Shown: positions 28,258 through 38,310, numbered from the stretch's first letter. The stretch: 64,000 bases of DNA from Candidatus Levyibacteriota bacterium (GCA_016214555.1 JACROF010000004.1:276-64275); one strand, 5' to 3'. Made by a program: numbers and translations. Notes: generated by a model not told the origin, from the sequence alone.

Positions 28258-28860
28258 ATGAATAGATATGTTATTGGTGTTGTAGGAGGTGCTTCAACAG
28301 GCAAAGGAGAAATTACTGACTTTCTTAGAAAACAAGAAATTATTCATTTTAATGATATTTCACTTTCAGATATTTTGCGTGAACTTGCAACACAAGAAGG
28401 AAAATCTCATAAAAGAGAGGATCTTGAAGCTGTCGGGACAGCCCATAGAGAACAATTTGGGGATGATTTTTTGGCAAGAATTGCAGTAGATATATTATGT
28501 GCAAATCCTGCTGAGAATTATATTGTTGAGAGCATTAAGCACCCAGATGAAATAAGAACACTTAAGAGCGAGGTCAACGCGCTTATTCTTGGTGTGACTA
28601 TGTCTCCAGAGCGAAGATTTGCTTTTATGCAGGAGAGAGCAAGAGAAGGGGACTCTGTAAAATGGGCAGCTTTTCACAATTTATTATTACTTGAGAAAAG
28701 CTCGACTGGCCATGGCATCCGAGTTGATGATGCTTTGAGAGAGGCGGATGTTCTGATTGACAACGATGGGACCCTTGATGATCTACATAGAAAAGTAGCA
28801 AAGGTTTTACTGGAGAGAGGGATTTATCTTGAAGGTAGACCCCCACACAAAGAGCGGTAA
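28258..28860 (+). CDS. P-loop NTPase, small nucleotide/nucleoside kinase-like
   Basis: Walker A GVVGGASTGKGE at the N-terminus and a size of about 200 aa. The family is not resolved. Confidence 0.45.
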   Translation: MNRYVIGVVGGASTGKGEITDFLRKQEIIHFNDISLSDILRELATQEGKSHKREDLEAVGTAHREQFGDDFLARIAVDILCANPAENYIVESIKHPDEIRTLKSEVNALILGVTMSPERRFAFMQERAREGDSVKWAAFHNLLLLEKSSTGHGIRVDDALREADVLIDNDGTLDDLHRKVAKVLLERGIYLEGRPPHKER

Positions 28861-28907
28861 CAAGCTATCCTCTTGCATCCCAAGCAAAACAGTGCTATAA
28901 GCTGATT

Positions 28908-29678
28908 ATGCAGCAGCAGTCATTAGTAAAATTTCTCAGCAGTATTATTGTTATTGTCATAATTGTATTGATAATTGGTGTTTTGTCTCCGGTTGTTATC
29001 ATAGGAGCAGGTCAAAGAGGTGTAGTCTTCAATAATACTACAGGAATTGAAAGCCGTATTTTATCAGAGGGAATTCACTTTCGTATACCTCTTGTTCAAA
29101 CAGTAACTAAGGTTTCAGTCAGAGTTCAAAAAACAGATGTTAAGGCAGAAGCAGCATCAAAAGACCTACAGACAGTAAATACTGATGTTGTGGTTAATTG
29201 GCACATGGATTCTTTAAAAGTTAATAAAATTTATCAGGAGGTAGGAAATGAAGGGGCTGTTGAGGATCGGATACTGGCTCCAGCAGTGAATGAAGTAGTA
29301 AAAGCTGCAACGGCGCAAAAAACCGCGAGCGAAATTTTGGCAAAAAGACCTGAGTTGAAAGGCGATATTGACACAGCCCTTTCTAAAAGATTAAAACGCT
29401 ACAATATCATCCTTGATGATGTTTCTATAACCAACGTAGCATTTTCTCAAGAATTTAATCGTGCGATTGAAGATAAGCAGATCGCTCAACAGCAAGCAGA
29501 GCAAGCAAAATTTTTGGTTGAAAAGGCGAAAAGTGAAGCTGAAGCAAATGCTATAAAACAAAGTTCAATTACCCCTCAAATTCTACAACAGAGGGCTCTT
29601 GAGAAATGGGACGGCCATTTCCCTACATATTGGGGAGCAGGAAGTCTTCCTTTTATTAATATTGCTCCAGGTCAATAA
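28908..29678 (+). CDS. SPFH/band-7 (prohibitin-like) membrane protein
   Basis: N-terminal TM followed by an SPFH domain and a coiled-coil tail (QQAEQAKFLVEKAKSEAEANA). Confidence 0.75.
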   Translation: MQQQSLVKFLSSIIVIVIIVLIIGVLSPVVIIGAGQRGVVFNNTTGIESRILSEGIHFRIPLVQTVTKVSVRVQKTDVKAEAASKDLQTVNTDVVVNWHMDSLKVNKIYQEVGNEGAVEDRILAPAVNEVVKAATAQKTASEILAKRPELKGDIDTALSKRLKRYNIILDDVSITNVAFSQEFNRAIEDKQIAQQQAEQAKFLVEKAKSEAEANAIKQSSITPQILQQRALEKWDGHFPTYWGAGSLPFINIAPGQ

Positions 29679-29705
29679 TTGATCAATCCTCATTTTTCAG
29701 CTACA

Positions 29706-32525
29706 ATGAGGCTTATGTTCAAGCCTGTTTCTCCAAAAATTACTTTCCCGGAACTTGAAGAGGAAGTTCAAAAATTCTGGAAAGAACACGATATCTTTAA
29801 AAAATCCATTGAAAACCGACCAGAGGATAAAAAGTGGACTTTTCTTGACGGTCCGCCTTTTGTCACCGGTATGCCACATTATGGTTCACTTCTTTCTAGT
29901 ATCCCAAAAGATATTTTTGGTCGTTATTATACGATGAAAGGCTATCGCGTTAGGCGTGTATGGGGTTGGGATGGACATGGACTGCCAATTGAGAACAAGG
30001 TTGAGAACAAATTAGAGATTAAAAGCAAAAGAGACATAGAGGATGTGATCGGTGTTAAGACATTTATTGAGGAGTGTAAGAAATACGTCGAAGAGATTTC
30101 TGGAGAGTGGGAGTGGTATGTAGATCATATTGGTCGTTGGGTTGATTTTCAAAACGCATATAAAACGTGGGACACGCCCTACATGGAGTCAGTCATGTGG
30201 GTTTTTAAGCAAATGTATGATAAAGGCCATATCTATAAAGGACTTAAAGTCACTCTTTATTGTCCACACTGTGCTACGCCAATTTCAAATTTCGAAGTAG
30301 CTATGGATGCTGACAATTACAAGGAAGTACCTGATGCCGCAACTACGTACAAGTATCAATTAGCAGATGACAAAGATACCTATATCCTTGCCTGGTCCAC
30401 CACTCCTTGGAACAAGATTGTTACTCCAGCTTTAGCGGTCAATCCAGAACTTACCTATGTCAAAGTTAAGCAAGGTGATGAGTATTATATTCTGGCCAAG
30501 CCAACACTTAAAATTCTTGAAGGTAAATATGAAGTAATAGAGGAAATGAAAGGCCAGGAATTAATCGGTACTAAATTTGTTCCGCATTACGACTACTATC
30601 AAATCAAAGAAGGAGAGAAGGCTTTTATAATAATTGGTGGTGATTTCGTAACAGCTGAAGAGGGTACAGGTGTCGTAACCATCGCTGCATACGGCGAAGA
30701 AGATTTGATTGTCATGCTTAAAGAGAATATTCATGTCGAAATGCATGTTGATGAGGAAGGAATTATCAAGTCGGATGTGCCTAAATTTGGCGGCATGTAT
30801 TACCTTAAAGCCAATAAAGCTGTCAATGAAGATTTAAACGCTCGTGGTCTTATTTATAAAGATGAAGAAGTGCCTCACAATGTTCCACTGTGTTGGCGTT
30901 GTCATACTCGTCTCTACCATGCTCCGATCAATGCATGGTACGTAAACGTGCAAAATATGAAAAGTATGCTCAAAGACAACAACGAAAAAGTTAATTGGTT
31001 CCCTAGTCATTTTAAATATGGTCGCTTTTTAAAAAGTTTAGAAAATGCACCGGATTGGAATATCTCCCGTAATCGATATTGGGGATCGCCCGTTCCTGTC
31101 TGGGAGTGTACTTGCGGTGAACGTTTTGTCCCAGGATCTATTAAGGAGCTTGAGGAAAAATCAGGAAAAGAGATCAAAGATCTGCATAAGCCTGAGATCG
31201 ATGAGGTCACAGTCCCTTGCGATAAGTGTAGTAAGGAAATGCATCGAGTATCTGAAGTCTTGGATAGTTGGATTGAAGCAGGGAGTGCTTCTTTTGCCGA
31301 AAGACATTTTCCATTTAATTCCATTGAAAAGTTGGAAGACTTTTTTCCGCCAGATTATATCGCTGAGTACACCGGCCAAATCAGAGCCTGGTTCTACGTC
31401 CTCCATATTATTGGAGGTGCTCTTTATGACTCACCAGCATTTAAAAATGTTTCGGTGACTGGGGTTATTTTAGGTACTGATGGACGCAAGATGAGTAAGA
31501 ACTTTAAGAACTATCCAGATCCCAAGGAGATGCTTGAAAAATTTGGGGGAGATGCCCTCAGACTTTATCTGATGGGAAGTCCTGTCATGAATGGGGAAGA
31601 TATCCTTATCTCAGAAGAGCAATATCGCAACCAAGTACGTGGCATGATGCTTATTTTGTGGAACATCTATAATTTCTTCATCCAGAATGCCTTGATTGAT
31701 AATTGGGAATTATCCGGAGATATTACTTCAACCAATGTTTTGGATCAGTGGCTTGAGTCTTTGCTTAATCGTTTAGTCAAAGATGTGACAAAGGCTCTTG
31801 ATAGCTACGATACCGTCTCTGCAATTGATGGAATAAAATCATTTACTGATAATTTCTCTACGTGGTATCTTAGGCGCAGTCGAGATAGGGTAGGACCAAA
31901 TGTAGAAAATGAGTCAGATAGAAATGCTTTTTACTCGACAACTTTTCATGCCTTAGTGACTGTTAGTAAGTTACTTGCGCCGATTGCACCATTTATCTCA
32001 GAGTCTATGTATCAGAATTTAACCGGAGAAGAGTCAGTTCATTTAGCTGACTGGCCAAATTTTGATGAGGCAAGAATTAACAAAGATCTCGAAGAGCAAA
32101 TGCATTTTGTTCGTAAAATTGTTGAAGTGGGCCATTCTGCGAGAAAGAGAGATTCATTACGAGTTAGACAGCCATTATCAAAGGCAACTATTATTCTTGG
32201 CAAAGACCCAGTAAAGTTTAAGGAAAATCTTGATTATCTCATCAAGGCTGAGCTAAATGTGAAAGCATTAGTGTTTGAAAACAGTGGAGAAGAGTTAAGA
32301 GTTGATTTTGATACTGTTCTTACGCAAGATCTTAAAAATGAAGGAGAGGCACGAGAAATCATGAGGAAAATTCAGGATGAAAGAAAAAAACTTGGAACAT
32401 CACCTACTGAGGAAATTATGGTATCTCTTGAGGAGTGGCCTGTAATGTTTGAGGATGAAATTAAGAAAAAAACTTTCACCAAGCAGCTTGTAAAAGGTAA
32501 ATTCTCAGTTAACCGTCTTTCATGA
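29706..32525 (+). CDS. ileS: Isoleucyl-tRNA synthetase (type 2, eukaryote-like)
   Basis: PPFVTGMPHYGSLL (HIGH-region analog), GRKMSKNFKNYPDP (KMSKS) and a CP1 editing domain. The ORF finder begins at a TTG at 29679 that directly abuts the upstream stop. The first ATGs are at 29706 and 29715. Confidence 0.85.
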   Translation: MRLMFKPVSPKITFPELEEEVQKFWKEHDIFKKSIENRPEDKKWTFLDGPPFVTGMPHYGSLLSSIPKDIFGRYYTMKGYRVRRVWGWDGHGLPIENKVENKLEIKSKRDIEDVIGVKTFIEECKKYVEEISGEWEWYVDHIGRWVDFQNAYKTWDTPYMESVMWVFKQMYDKGHIYKGLKVTLYCPHCATPISNFEVAMDADNYKEVPDAATTYKYQLADDKDTYILAWSTTPWNKIVTPALAVNPELTYVKVKQGDEYYILAKPTLKILEGKYEVIEEMKGQELIGTKFVPHYDYYQIKEGEKAFIIIGGDFVTAEEGTGVVTIAAYGEEDLIVMLKENIHVEMHVDEEGIIKSDVPKFGGMYYLKANKAVNEDLNARGLIYKDEEVPHNVPLCWRCHTRLYHAPINAWYVNVQNMKSMLKDNNEKVNWFPSHFKYGRFLKSLENAPDWNISRNRYWGSPVPVWECTCGERFVPGSIKELEEKSGKEIKDLHKPEIDEVTVPCDKCSKEMHRVSEVLDSWIEAGSASFAERHFPFNSIEKLEDFFPPDYIAEYTGQIRAWFYVLHIIGGALYDSPAFKNVSVTGVILGTDGRKMSKNFKNYPDPKEMLEKFGGDALRLYLMGSPVMNGEDILISEEQYRNQVRGMMLILWNIYNFFIQNALIDNWELSGDITSTNVLDQWLESLLNRLVKDVTKALDSYDTVSAIDGIKSFTDNFSTWYLRRSRDRVGPNVENESDRNAFYSTTFHALVTVSKLLAPIAPFISESMYQNLTGEESVHLADWPNFDEARINKDLEEQMHFVRKIVEVGHSARKRDSLRVRQPLSKATIILGKDPVKFKENLDYLIKAELNVKALVFENSGEELRVDFDTVLTQDLKNEGEAREIMRKIQDERKKLGTSPTEEIMVSLEEWPVMFEDEIKKKTFTKQLVKGKFSVNRLS

Positions 32526-33604
32526 AAAAAAGATCCCTGCTTAGCATTGATTATTGGCTCATAGTTCCTGTAGTTGCATTGGTCACTGTAGGTTTAGTTA
32601 CACTTCTCTCCTTAAATACGAGTCTTTTTTTGAATCAATTATTTACATTGTCGCTTGGAATTCTCAGTTTTTTGATTGTATCTAGAGTGAGAGCTGAGAC
32701 GTTTCAGTATCTCTACAAGCCAATATATTTTATATCAATTTTTTTACTTTTTATCGTTTTTTTTATCGGGTATGAGAGTCATGGTGCTATTAGATGGGTG
32801 TCTATTTTGGGGTTTCCAATTCAATTTTCTGAAGTTCTCAAGCCATTCTTGTCATTAGCATTTGCAGCATATCTTGTAAAAAAAAATAATACATCATTTC
32901 GAGCATTTGTAACGGTACTTTTTCTTCTTGTTCCAATATTTCTTCTTATTGCGCTTCAACCAGATCTTGGTAATGCGCTCATTTATGCAGCTGTAACCTT
33001 CATCACCCTTCTTACATATGGTTTTCCATTTAGATTTTTTGGTTTTTTATTTCTTCCTTTTCTTGCTGTGTCCCCGATTATTTGGGAGCTTCTACATGAC
33101 TATCAAAGAAATAGACTTTTAACTTTTATTAATCCAACAAGTGATCCACTTGGAACTTCATATAACGTCATTCAAGCCATTATTGCTGTTGGCTCGGGGA
33201 ATTTTTTGGGTAAGGGGCTTAGTCAAGGAACACAATCGGGTCTTCGTTTTTTACCGGAGAGGCACACTGACTTTATTTTCGCGACATTGTCTGAAGGGTT
33301 AGGGTTTGTTGGATCATTTATTGTTCTTTCTTGTTTTGTTTTGCTTTGTCTTAAAATTTTTCAAATATTCTCTCAAATGGAAAATCCTTTCGCAAAAGTT
33401 TTTGCTGTTGCGACCTTCGGTTTTATCCTTGTTCATTTTTTTGTCAATATCGGAATGAACGTTGGACTTTTACCAATTGTCGGCGTTACTTTACCTTTTG
33501 TTTCGTATGGGGGAAATTCACTTCTTTCGAATCTAGTTATGCTTGGTATACTTTCTTCTTTATCCTCAGCCTATTCAAAGAGAAGGGTTCTAGAAATAAA
33601 GTAG
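32522..33604 (+). CDS. rodA: SEDS-family protein, RodA-like (second SEDS paralog in the window)
   Basis: ERHTDFIFATLSEGLGFVGS and GVTLPFVSYGGNSLL motifs. Its ATGA start/stop overlaps the ileS stop. Confidence 0.8.
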   Translation: MKKRSLLSIDYWLIVPVVALVTVGLVTLLSLNTSLFLNQLFTLSLGILSFLIVSRVRAETFQYLYKPIYFISIFLLFIVFFIGYESHGAIRWVSILGFPIQFSEVLKPFLSLAFAAYLVKKNNTSFRAFVTVLFLLVPIFLLIALQPDLGNALIYAAVTFITLLTYGFPFRFFGFLFLPFLAVSPIIWELLHDYQRNRLLTFINPTSDPLGTSYNVIQAIIAVGSGNFLGKGLSQGTQSGLRFLPERHTDFIFATLSEGLGFVGSFIVLSCFVLLCLKIFQIFSQMENPFAKVFAVATFGFILVHFFVNIGMNVGLLPIVGVTLPFVSYGGNSLLSNLVMLGILSSLSSAYSKRRVLEIK

Positions 33605-33610
33605 AAAATC

Positions 33611-33619
33611 TGTTATAAT
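33611..33619 (+). promoter_or_regulatory. Extended -10 element TGTTATAAT 8 nt upstream of the rplU ATG
   Basis: tgttataat at 33611-33619, with the ATG at 33628. Confidence 0.35.
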
Positions 33620-33627
33620 ACCCAAGT

Positions 33628-33993
33628 ATGAATTACGCTGTTATCAAGACAGGTGGAAAACAATATCGAGTCTCTGAGGGAGATGTTATTTCTATAGAGA
33701 GAGTTCCCGGAGAGGTTAATGACCAAATCACATTTAGCCAAGTGCTTTTAGTTACTAAAGAAGACGAAAGCATTTTTGGCGATCCTTTTGTGTCGGGATT
33801 GAGTGTTACTGGGAAAGTTGTTGAGCACCTCAAAGGAGAAAAGATCAGAGTTGCCAAATATAAGGCAAAAGCTCGTTATCGAAGAGTAACTGGTCATAGG
33901 CAGCTTCTTTCAAAGGTGCAGATATCCTCAATAGGAGACAAAAAAACAGAAAAAAAGGTACCACCAAAAGCAAAAACACCTACAAAAAAATAA
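33628..33993 (+). CDS. rplU: 50S ribosomal protein L21 with a Lys-rich C-terminal extension
   Basis: MNYAVIKTGGKQYRVSEGDVI N-terminus; the tail is KKTEKKVPPKAKTPTKK. Confidence 0.9.
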   Translation: MNYAVIKTGGKQYRVSEGDVISIERVPGEVNDQITFSQVLLVTKEDESIFGDPFVSGLSVTGKVVEHLKGEKIRVAKYKAKARYRRVTGHRQLLSKVQISSIGDKKTEKKVPPKAKTPTKK

Positions 33994-33996
33994 CTA

Positions 33997-34040
33997 TTGA
34001 CATCTGTGAAAACAAGAACTATTATATGAATGTTTTCACA
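33997..34040 (+). promoter_or_regulatory. Consensus promoter TTGACA-17-TATTAT with a perfect 10-bp inverted repeat flanking the -10 element
   Basis: TTGACA at 33997-34002 and TATTAT at 34020-34025. The inverted-repeat arms are tgtgaaaaca (34005-34014) and tgttttcaca (34031-34040). Confidence 0.45.
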
Positions 34041-34061
34041 ATTACATAATTTTTACGAAAT

Positions 34062-34313
34062 ATGGCACATACAAAATCACAAGGAGCGGTAAAAGGAAAT
34101 AGAGACTCAATTGCAAAACGTCTTGGGGTAAAGATATATGGCGGAGGTCATGTTATTCCGGGAAATATTATCGTACGACAAAAAGGCTCTAAATTCAATG
34201 CAGGAAATGGTGTGCAGATGGGGAGAGACTTTACGCTTTTTGCTATTAGAGAAGGCAAAGTTAACTTTAAAACTCATCTTGGCAAAAAAATTGTAGAAGT
34301 AATTCATGGATAA
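34062..34313 (+). CDS. rpmA: 50S ribosomal protein L27
   Basis: [29 protein letters not shown]...[13 protein letters not shown]. Confidence 0.95.
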   Translation: MAHTKSQGAVKGNRDSIAKRLGVKIYGGGHVIPGNIIVRQKGSKFNAGNGVQMGRDFTLFAIREGKVNFKTHLGKKIVEVIHG

Positions 34314-35184
34314 TAGACAAGCTGGTCAAATGACCGAACTCGAGACATCGCAACTTCAATCGAACCCTCTTCAACCCCGTGGTGTTATACTCCAAGACTC
34401 ATTAACAGATCTCGTAGAGTCAATTCGAGAACAGGGAATACTCGAGCCCATCGTTGTTGCTAGAACGCCTGCTGGATATCAAATTATTGCTGGTGAGAGA
34501 AGGTGGAGAGCAGCGAAAATTTTAGGCCTTCAAACAGTTCCTGTAGTTATTAAAGAAACAACGCCACAAGGTATGCTTGAAATGTCTATTGTTGAGAATG
34601 TTCAACGTGAAGACCTTAATCCTATTGAAAAAGCCCTAGCTTATAAAAGACTTATTGATGAATTCGGATTGGGAACAAATGAAGTTGCAAAGAGGGTTGG
34701 AAAAAGTGCTCCAGCTGTATCAAATACAATTCGTCTTCTTTCGCTTCCTGATGCTATAAAAGATGCATTAGTAGCCGGGGTTATTACAGAAGGTCACGTA
34801 CGACCTCTCATATCTCTTGGAGATCCTAAGCTGATGCTTGAGCTATTTAAAAGAATTTTAAGAGATAATCTGACAGTTCGTCAAACAGAAGAAATTTCCA
34901 GAAAAGTAAAGGGAGAGGTTCAGCAGAGAGAGCCAATGAACAAAAAAGATAGATTATGGGTTCCAGAGCAGGATACCATGGCACAACAAATTTTGGAGAA
35001 ATACCAAGTTGACGATGTAAAGATTTTTCAATCAAGTAAGTTAGCTAGGATGACAATCGTGATAAAAGGTGATGTGGATGTAACAACAAAAAAGCTCAAA
35101 CAGATTCATGAGATTCTTCAAGGATCTTCAGTTTCAGAGGACTCTGAACCAAGTAACGCTTCAGAGCAGCTCATTTCTCAGTAG
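34306..35184 (+). CDS. parB: ParB/Spo0J partition protein
   Basis: [15 protein letters not shown] ParB box and an HTH. Overlaps the rpmA stop by 8 nt. Confidence 0.85.
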   Translation: MDNRQAGQMTELETSQLQSNPLQPRGVILQDSLTDLVESIREQGILEPIVVARTPAGYQIIAGERRWRAAKILGLQTVPVVIKETTPQGMLEMSIVENVQREDLNPIEKALAYKRLIDEFGLGTNEVAKRVGKSAPAVSNTIRLLSLPDAIKDALVAGVITEGHVRPLISLGDPKLMLELFKRILRDNLTVRQTEEISRKVKGEVQQREPMNKKDRLWVPEQDTMAQQILEKYQVDDVKIFQSSKLARMTIVIKGDVDVTTKKLKQIHEILQGSSVSEDSEPSNASEQLISQ

Positions 35185-35185
35185 A

Positions 35186-35752
35186 TTAGAATGGATTTTG
35201 TACAAAGTGTGCTTCTGAAATCGGCCAATATACCAGAAAAGTTTTTCCAATAACATCTTTTTTATTTAGAAATCCCCACTCTCTACTGTCAGAACTCGAT
35301 TGTCTATTGTCTCCCATTACAAATACATGATCCTTTGGGATTGTAATTTTTTCCTTGTCATTTAAAAAAGACCCTCCATAGGTTCTTGTATCAGCAGGAA
35401 GATAGGTATTTTCGTTAAGTTTCTTTCCATTCAGAAATACATATCCATCCCTTAATTCTATACTCTCTCCCTCAAAACCAATAACTCTTTTAATGAAGTC
35501 TCGTGAATGGTCAGTGGGAGCTTCAAAGACTACTACATCGCCTCGTTTTAGCTCTCCAAGCTTTAGGCCAACGATATTAGTGAATACATATTCTTTGTCC
35601 TTATAGGTGGGATACATCGACTCTCCGCTTACTTGAAATGGTCGTGCAACAAAAAAATAAATTACAGAAAAAATTGCCAAAGCCATGAGAAATGTTTGAA
35701 GAGTATCTGAAAGCCATCCCGGGGATTTTTTTTGAATGTTCTCTTTTTCCAT
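35186..35752 (-). CDS. lepB: Signal peptidase I
   Basis: GESMYPT (Ser box), KRVIG and GDNRQSSSDSREWG boxes. Confidence 0.85.
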   Translation of the reverse strand: MEKENIQKKSPGWLSDTLQTFLMALAIFSVIYFFVARPFQVSGESMYPTYKDKEYVFTNIVGLKLGELKRGDVVVFEAPTDHSRDFIKRVIGFEGESIELRDGYVFLNGKKLNENTYLPADTRTYGGSFLNDKEKITIPKDHVFVMGDNRQSSSDSREWGFLNKKDVIGKTFLVYWPISEAHFVQNPF

Positions 35753-35884
35753 GAATTTGAATATTATTCTTTAATTACGTATCTTTGTCAACGAGAAGTA
35801 TTGCTATCCGGTACTTAAATGGACCATTTTCTTAAATTAAGAGTGTTTAAGCATAGATACAAAACTCATATCCTAAAATTCTTG

Positions 35885-36430
35885 TTATGATGCTTGATTA
35901 GCTCTAATCTTTCTGTAAAACAGTAGAAGACTGTCTGATATTCCTGCAAGAAAATTTTTTCTCAGCACATCGTTTCCAAAGATTTTCATCTGGTCTTTTA
36001 TTGAGTAATAAATCAATGGATTGCACTCGTAAAGATCAACTAGGATGTCAGAAAGTGACTTATTTTCAGGCGAAGGATCTACCATAAGGCTGTCCCAGGT
36101 CTCAGTACTTGGCAATGGATTTGCTAACAAATCATTTCTTGATGAAATTCCATTAGCAAAGTCAGGTTCATCGAAAGCAATTTCCGATGACTGTTCTCCT
36201 AGAGCTTCATGTGTTATTGAAAGTCCAAAGATTACCCCTTGTGTATAGACAGGTTTATTTACTCTTCCGCTATGGGCGGTACCACTTAAGAAAAAATCTA
36301 ACCCTCTATGATTGTAAAATTTTTTAACTACTGCAAAATAAGGAGCTAAGTCATCCGTGTTTCTAACATACAATGCAGTATGTTGATCAAGTTGTTCTTG
36401 AGAAATATTAATTTTTCTATCTTCAACCAT
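35885..36430 (-). CDS. Hypothetical protein
   Basis: 181 aa, soluble, with no motif recognised. Same strand as lepB. Confidence 0.35.
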   Translation of the reverse strand: MVEDRKINISQEQLDQHTALYVRNTDDLAPYFAVVKKFYNHRGLDFFLSGTAHSGRVNKPVYTQGVIFGLSITHEALGEQSSEIAFDEPDFANGISSRNDLLANPLPSTETWDSLMVDPSPENKSLSDILVDLYECNPLIYYSIKDQMKIFGNDVLRKNFLAGISDSLLLFYRKIRANQAS

Positions 36431-36508
36431 AATCTAATTATATCAAATGTAAAACGTGATAGGAAAAATTATCCAAATTTACTATAATGACAAGATAATT
36501 AGAGCTTT

Positions 36509-37543
36509 ATGAAGAGAAAATCTACACTTAAAAAAATAGTGTTTCTTACAAGATCATATTATCCAAATATAGGAGGAGTTGAAAAACATATTTATGAAGT
36601 TTGTAAAAATTTAGATGGAAAAAAATATGCAATTCTTATCATCACTGAATCATTAACAATAAAGAAAAAATCTGAAATTGAATTTTATCATCTTCCCCAT
36701 GTGCAAGTGGTGAGAATTCCCATTAAAAAGCGAAACTGGTTCTTAAAGTTTCATATATGGAAATGGATGTGGGATCATAGAAGTCTATTTCGCGATGCGG
36801 ATGTAATTCATTGTCATGATGTCTTTTTTTGGTATGTGCATCTTGCATGTCTATATCCATTGAAAAATGTGTATACAACTTTTCATGGATATGAAGGTTA
36901 TCCCATAAGCCTAAAGGCAGTTATATACAGAAAAGTATTTGAGTATATGTCAAACAGAACAATTTGTGTGGGTGACTTTATGAAAAAGTGGTATCATGCA
37001 AAGCCAACACTTGTAATATACGGTGGAGTAAATGAGAAAAAAATTGTAAAGAAATTTAAGAAAAATTCAGCAGTTTTTATTGGAAGATTAGATGAGCATA
37101 CAGGAATTCTTGAGTACGCTCATGCAGTAAATATTATAAGGAAAAAAATTCCTAAATTTACTTTAACAATATATGGGGAGGGAAAATATAAAAACAAACT
37201 TGAGGGTGATGGAATCATTGTAAAAGACTCTAATATTTTTGCTGATGACATAATTTCTCAGTATGAATACGCATTTGTGTCTCGTTACCTTTCAATTTTA
37301 GAGTCACTTGCCTCTCAGAGGAGCGTATATGCAATTTATGATAACCCTCTTAAAAAAGACTACTTAGCTCTTTCTGTTTTTTCAAAGCATATTTCCATAG
37401 TTAAAAATCCAGAAGAAATTGCTTATAAGATTCTTCATGATGATAAAAGCCAGAAAAAAAGTTTGAGCGGTTATCTTTTATCAAAAAAATTAACTTGGAA
37501 AAAGGTTGCGAAAGATTATGAAAATCTTTGGGGATTTAATTAG
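36509..37543 (+). CDS. GT-B glycosyltransferase (GT4-like)
   Basis: FLTRSYYPNIGGVEKHIYEV N-terminal motif. Confidence 0.55.
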   Translation: MKRKSTLKKIVFLTRSYYPNIGGVEKHIYEVCKNLDGKKYAILIITESLTIKKKSEIEFYHLPHVQVVRIPIKKRNWFLKFHIWKWMWDHRSLFRDADVIHCHDVFFWYVHLACLYPLKNVYTTFHGYEGYPISLKAVIYRKVFEYMSNRTICVGDFMKKWYHAKPTLVIYGGVNEKKIVKKFKKNSAVFIGRLDEHTGILEYAHAVNIIRKKIPKFTLTIYGEGKYKNKLEGDGIIVKDSNIFADDIISQYEYAFVSRYLSILESLASQRSVYAIYDNPLKKDYLALSVFSKHISIVKNPEEIAYKILHDDKSQKKSLSGYLLSKKLTWKKVAKDYENLWGFN

Positions 37544-37584
37544 TAATTGCGATTGGCATTGGTATACCATACAATTGCATGTAA

Positions 37585-38310
37585 ATGATTAAGAATGCAG
37601 CGATTATTATCCCCACCTATAATGCAAAACAGCATATTAAAAAAACAATTGATGATATTTTTTCAATCTCACCTTTTCTAAATATTTTTGTTGTTGACGA
37701 TAATTCACCTGACAATACATCGTCTGAAGTAAAACTGTTAATTAAAAAATATAAGAGATTACAACTAATCAACAGGAGCAAAAAAGATGGCAGAGGATCT
37801 GCAGTTCTTGAAGGATTTAGACAAGCAAAAAATAACAAAGATATACTCTATTTTATAGAAATGGATGCAGACCTCTGTCATAATCCAGAATACATTCCAC
37901 AAATGATTAAAAAATGCGAGAAGTCAGATGTTGTTATCGCATCAAGGTACCTTCCAAGTTCTCGAATTATCGGATGGACGATAAAAAGAAAAATCATGAG
38001 CTTCTCAATGAATTTGTTTGCGAGAATTTGTCTTGGAATTCCAATCACTGATTATACTGATGGGTTTAGGTGCTATTCGCGAAGGGCTGTAGAGTTAATT
38101 CTTTCAAGGAAGATTTCGTCAAAGGGTTATGTTGTGCTTTCAGAAATTGCTTATGTTTGCTACAGAAACAACATGAAATTTTCTGAAATACCTATTGATT
38201 TTTATTTTGATTCAACGTTAAAATCAAATCTTGATATAGGTGTTATCAAAGAAGCGGTTAAGACTTTAATCCTATTAAGAATATATGGCAAAAAAAAGTA
38301 TAAAAAATAA
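37585..38310 (+). CDS. GT2 polyprenyl-phosphate sugar synthase (Dpm1/ArnC/GtrB-like)
   Basis: IIIPTYNA, VVDDNSPDNT and MDADLCHNPEYIP motifs. Confidence 0.8.
   Translation: MIKNAAIIIPTYNAKQHIKKTIDDIFSISPFLNIFVVDDNSPDNTSSEVKLLIKKYKRLQLINRSKKDGRGSAVLEGFRQAKNNKDILYFIEMDADLCHNPEYIPQMIKKCEKSDVVIASRYLPSSRIIGWTIKRKIMSFSMNLFARICLGIPITDYTDGFRCYSRRAVELILSRKISSKGYVVLSEIAYVCYRNNMKFSEIPIDFYFDSTLKSNLDIGVIKEAVKTLILLRIYGKKKYKK

Noticed and set aside
29679-29711. Possible T-box or leader, or a start-codon-sequestering hairpin (cctcat...atgagg) at ileS
   Set aside because: ileS abuts the upstream stop codon, so there is no room for a T-box leader. The 6-bp stem with a 12-nt loop is weak and could be chance.
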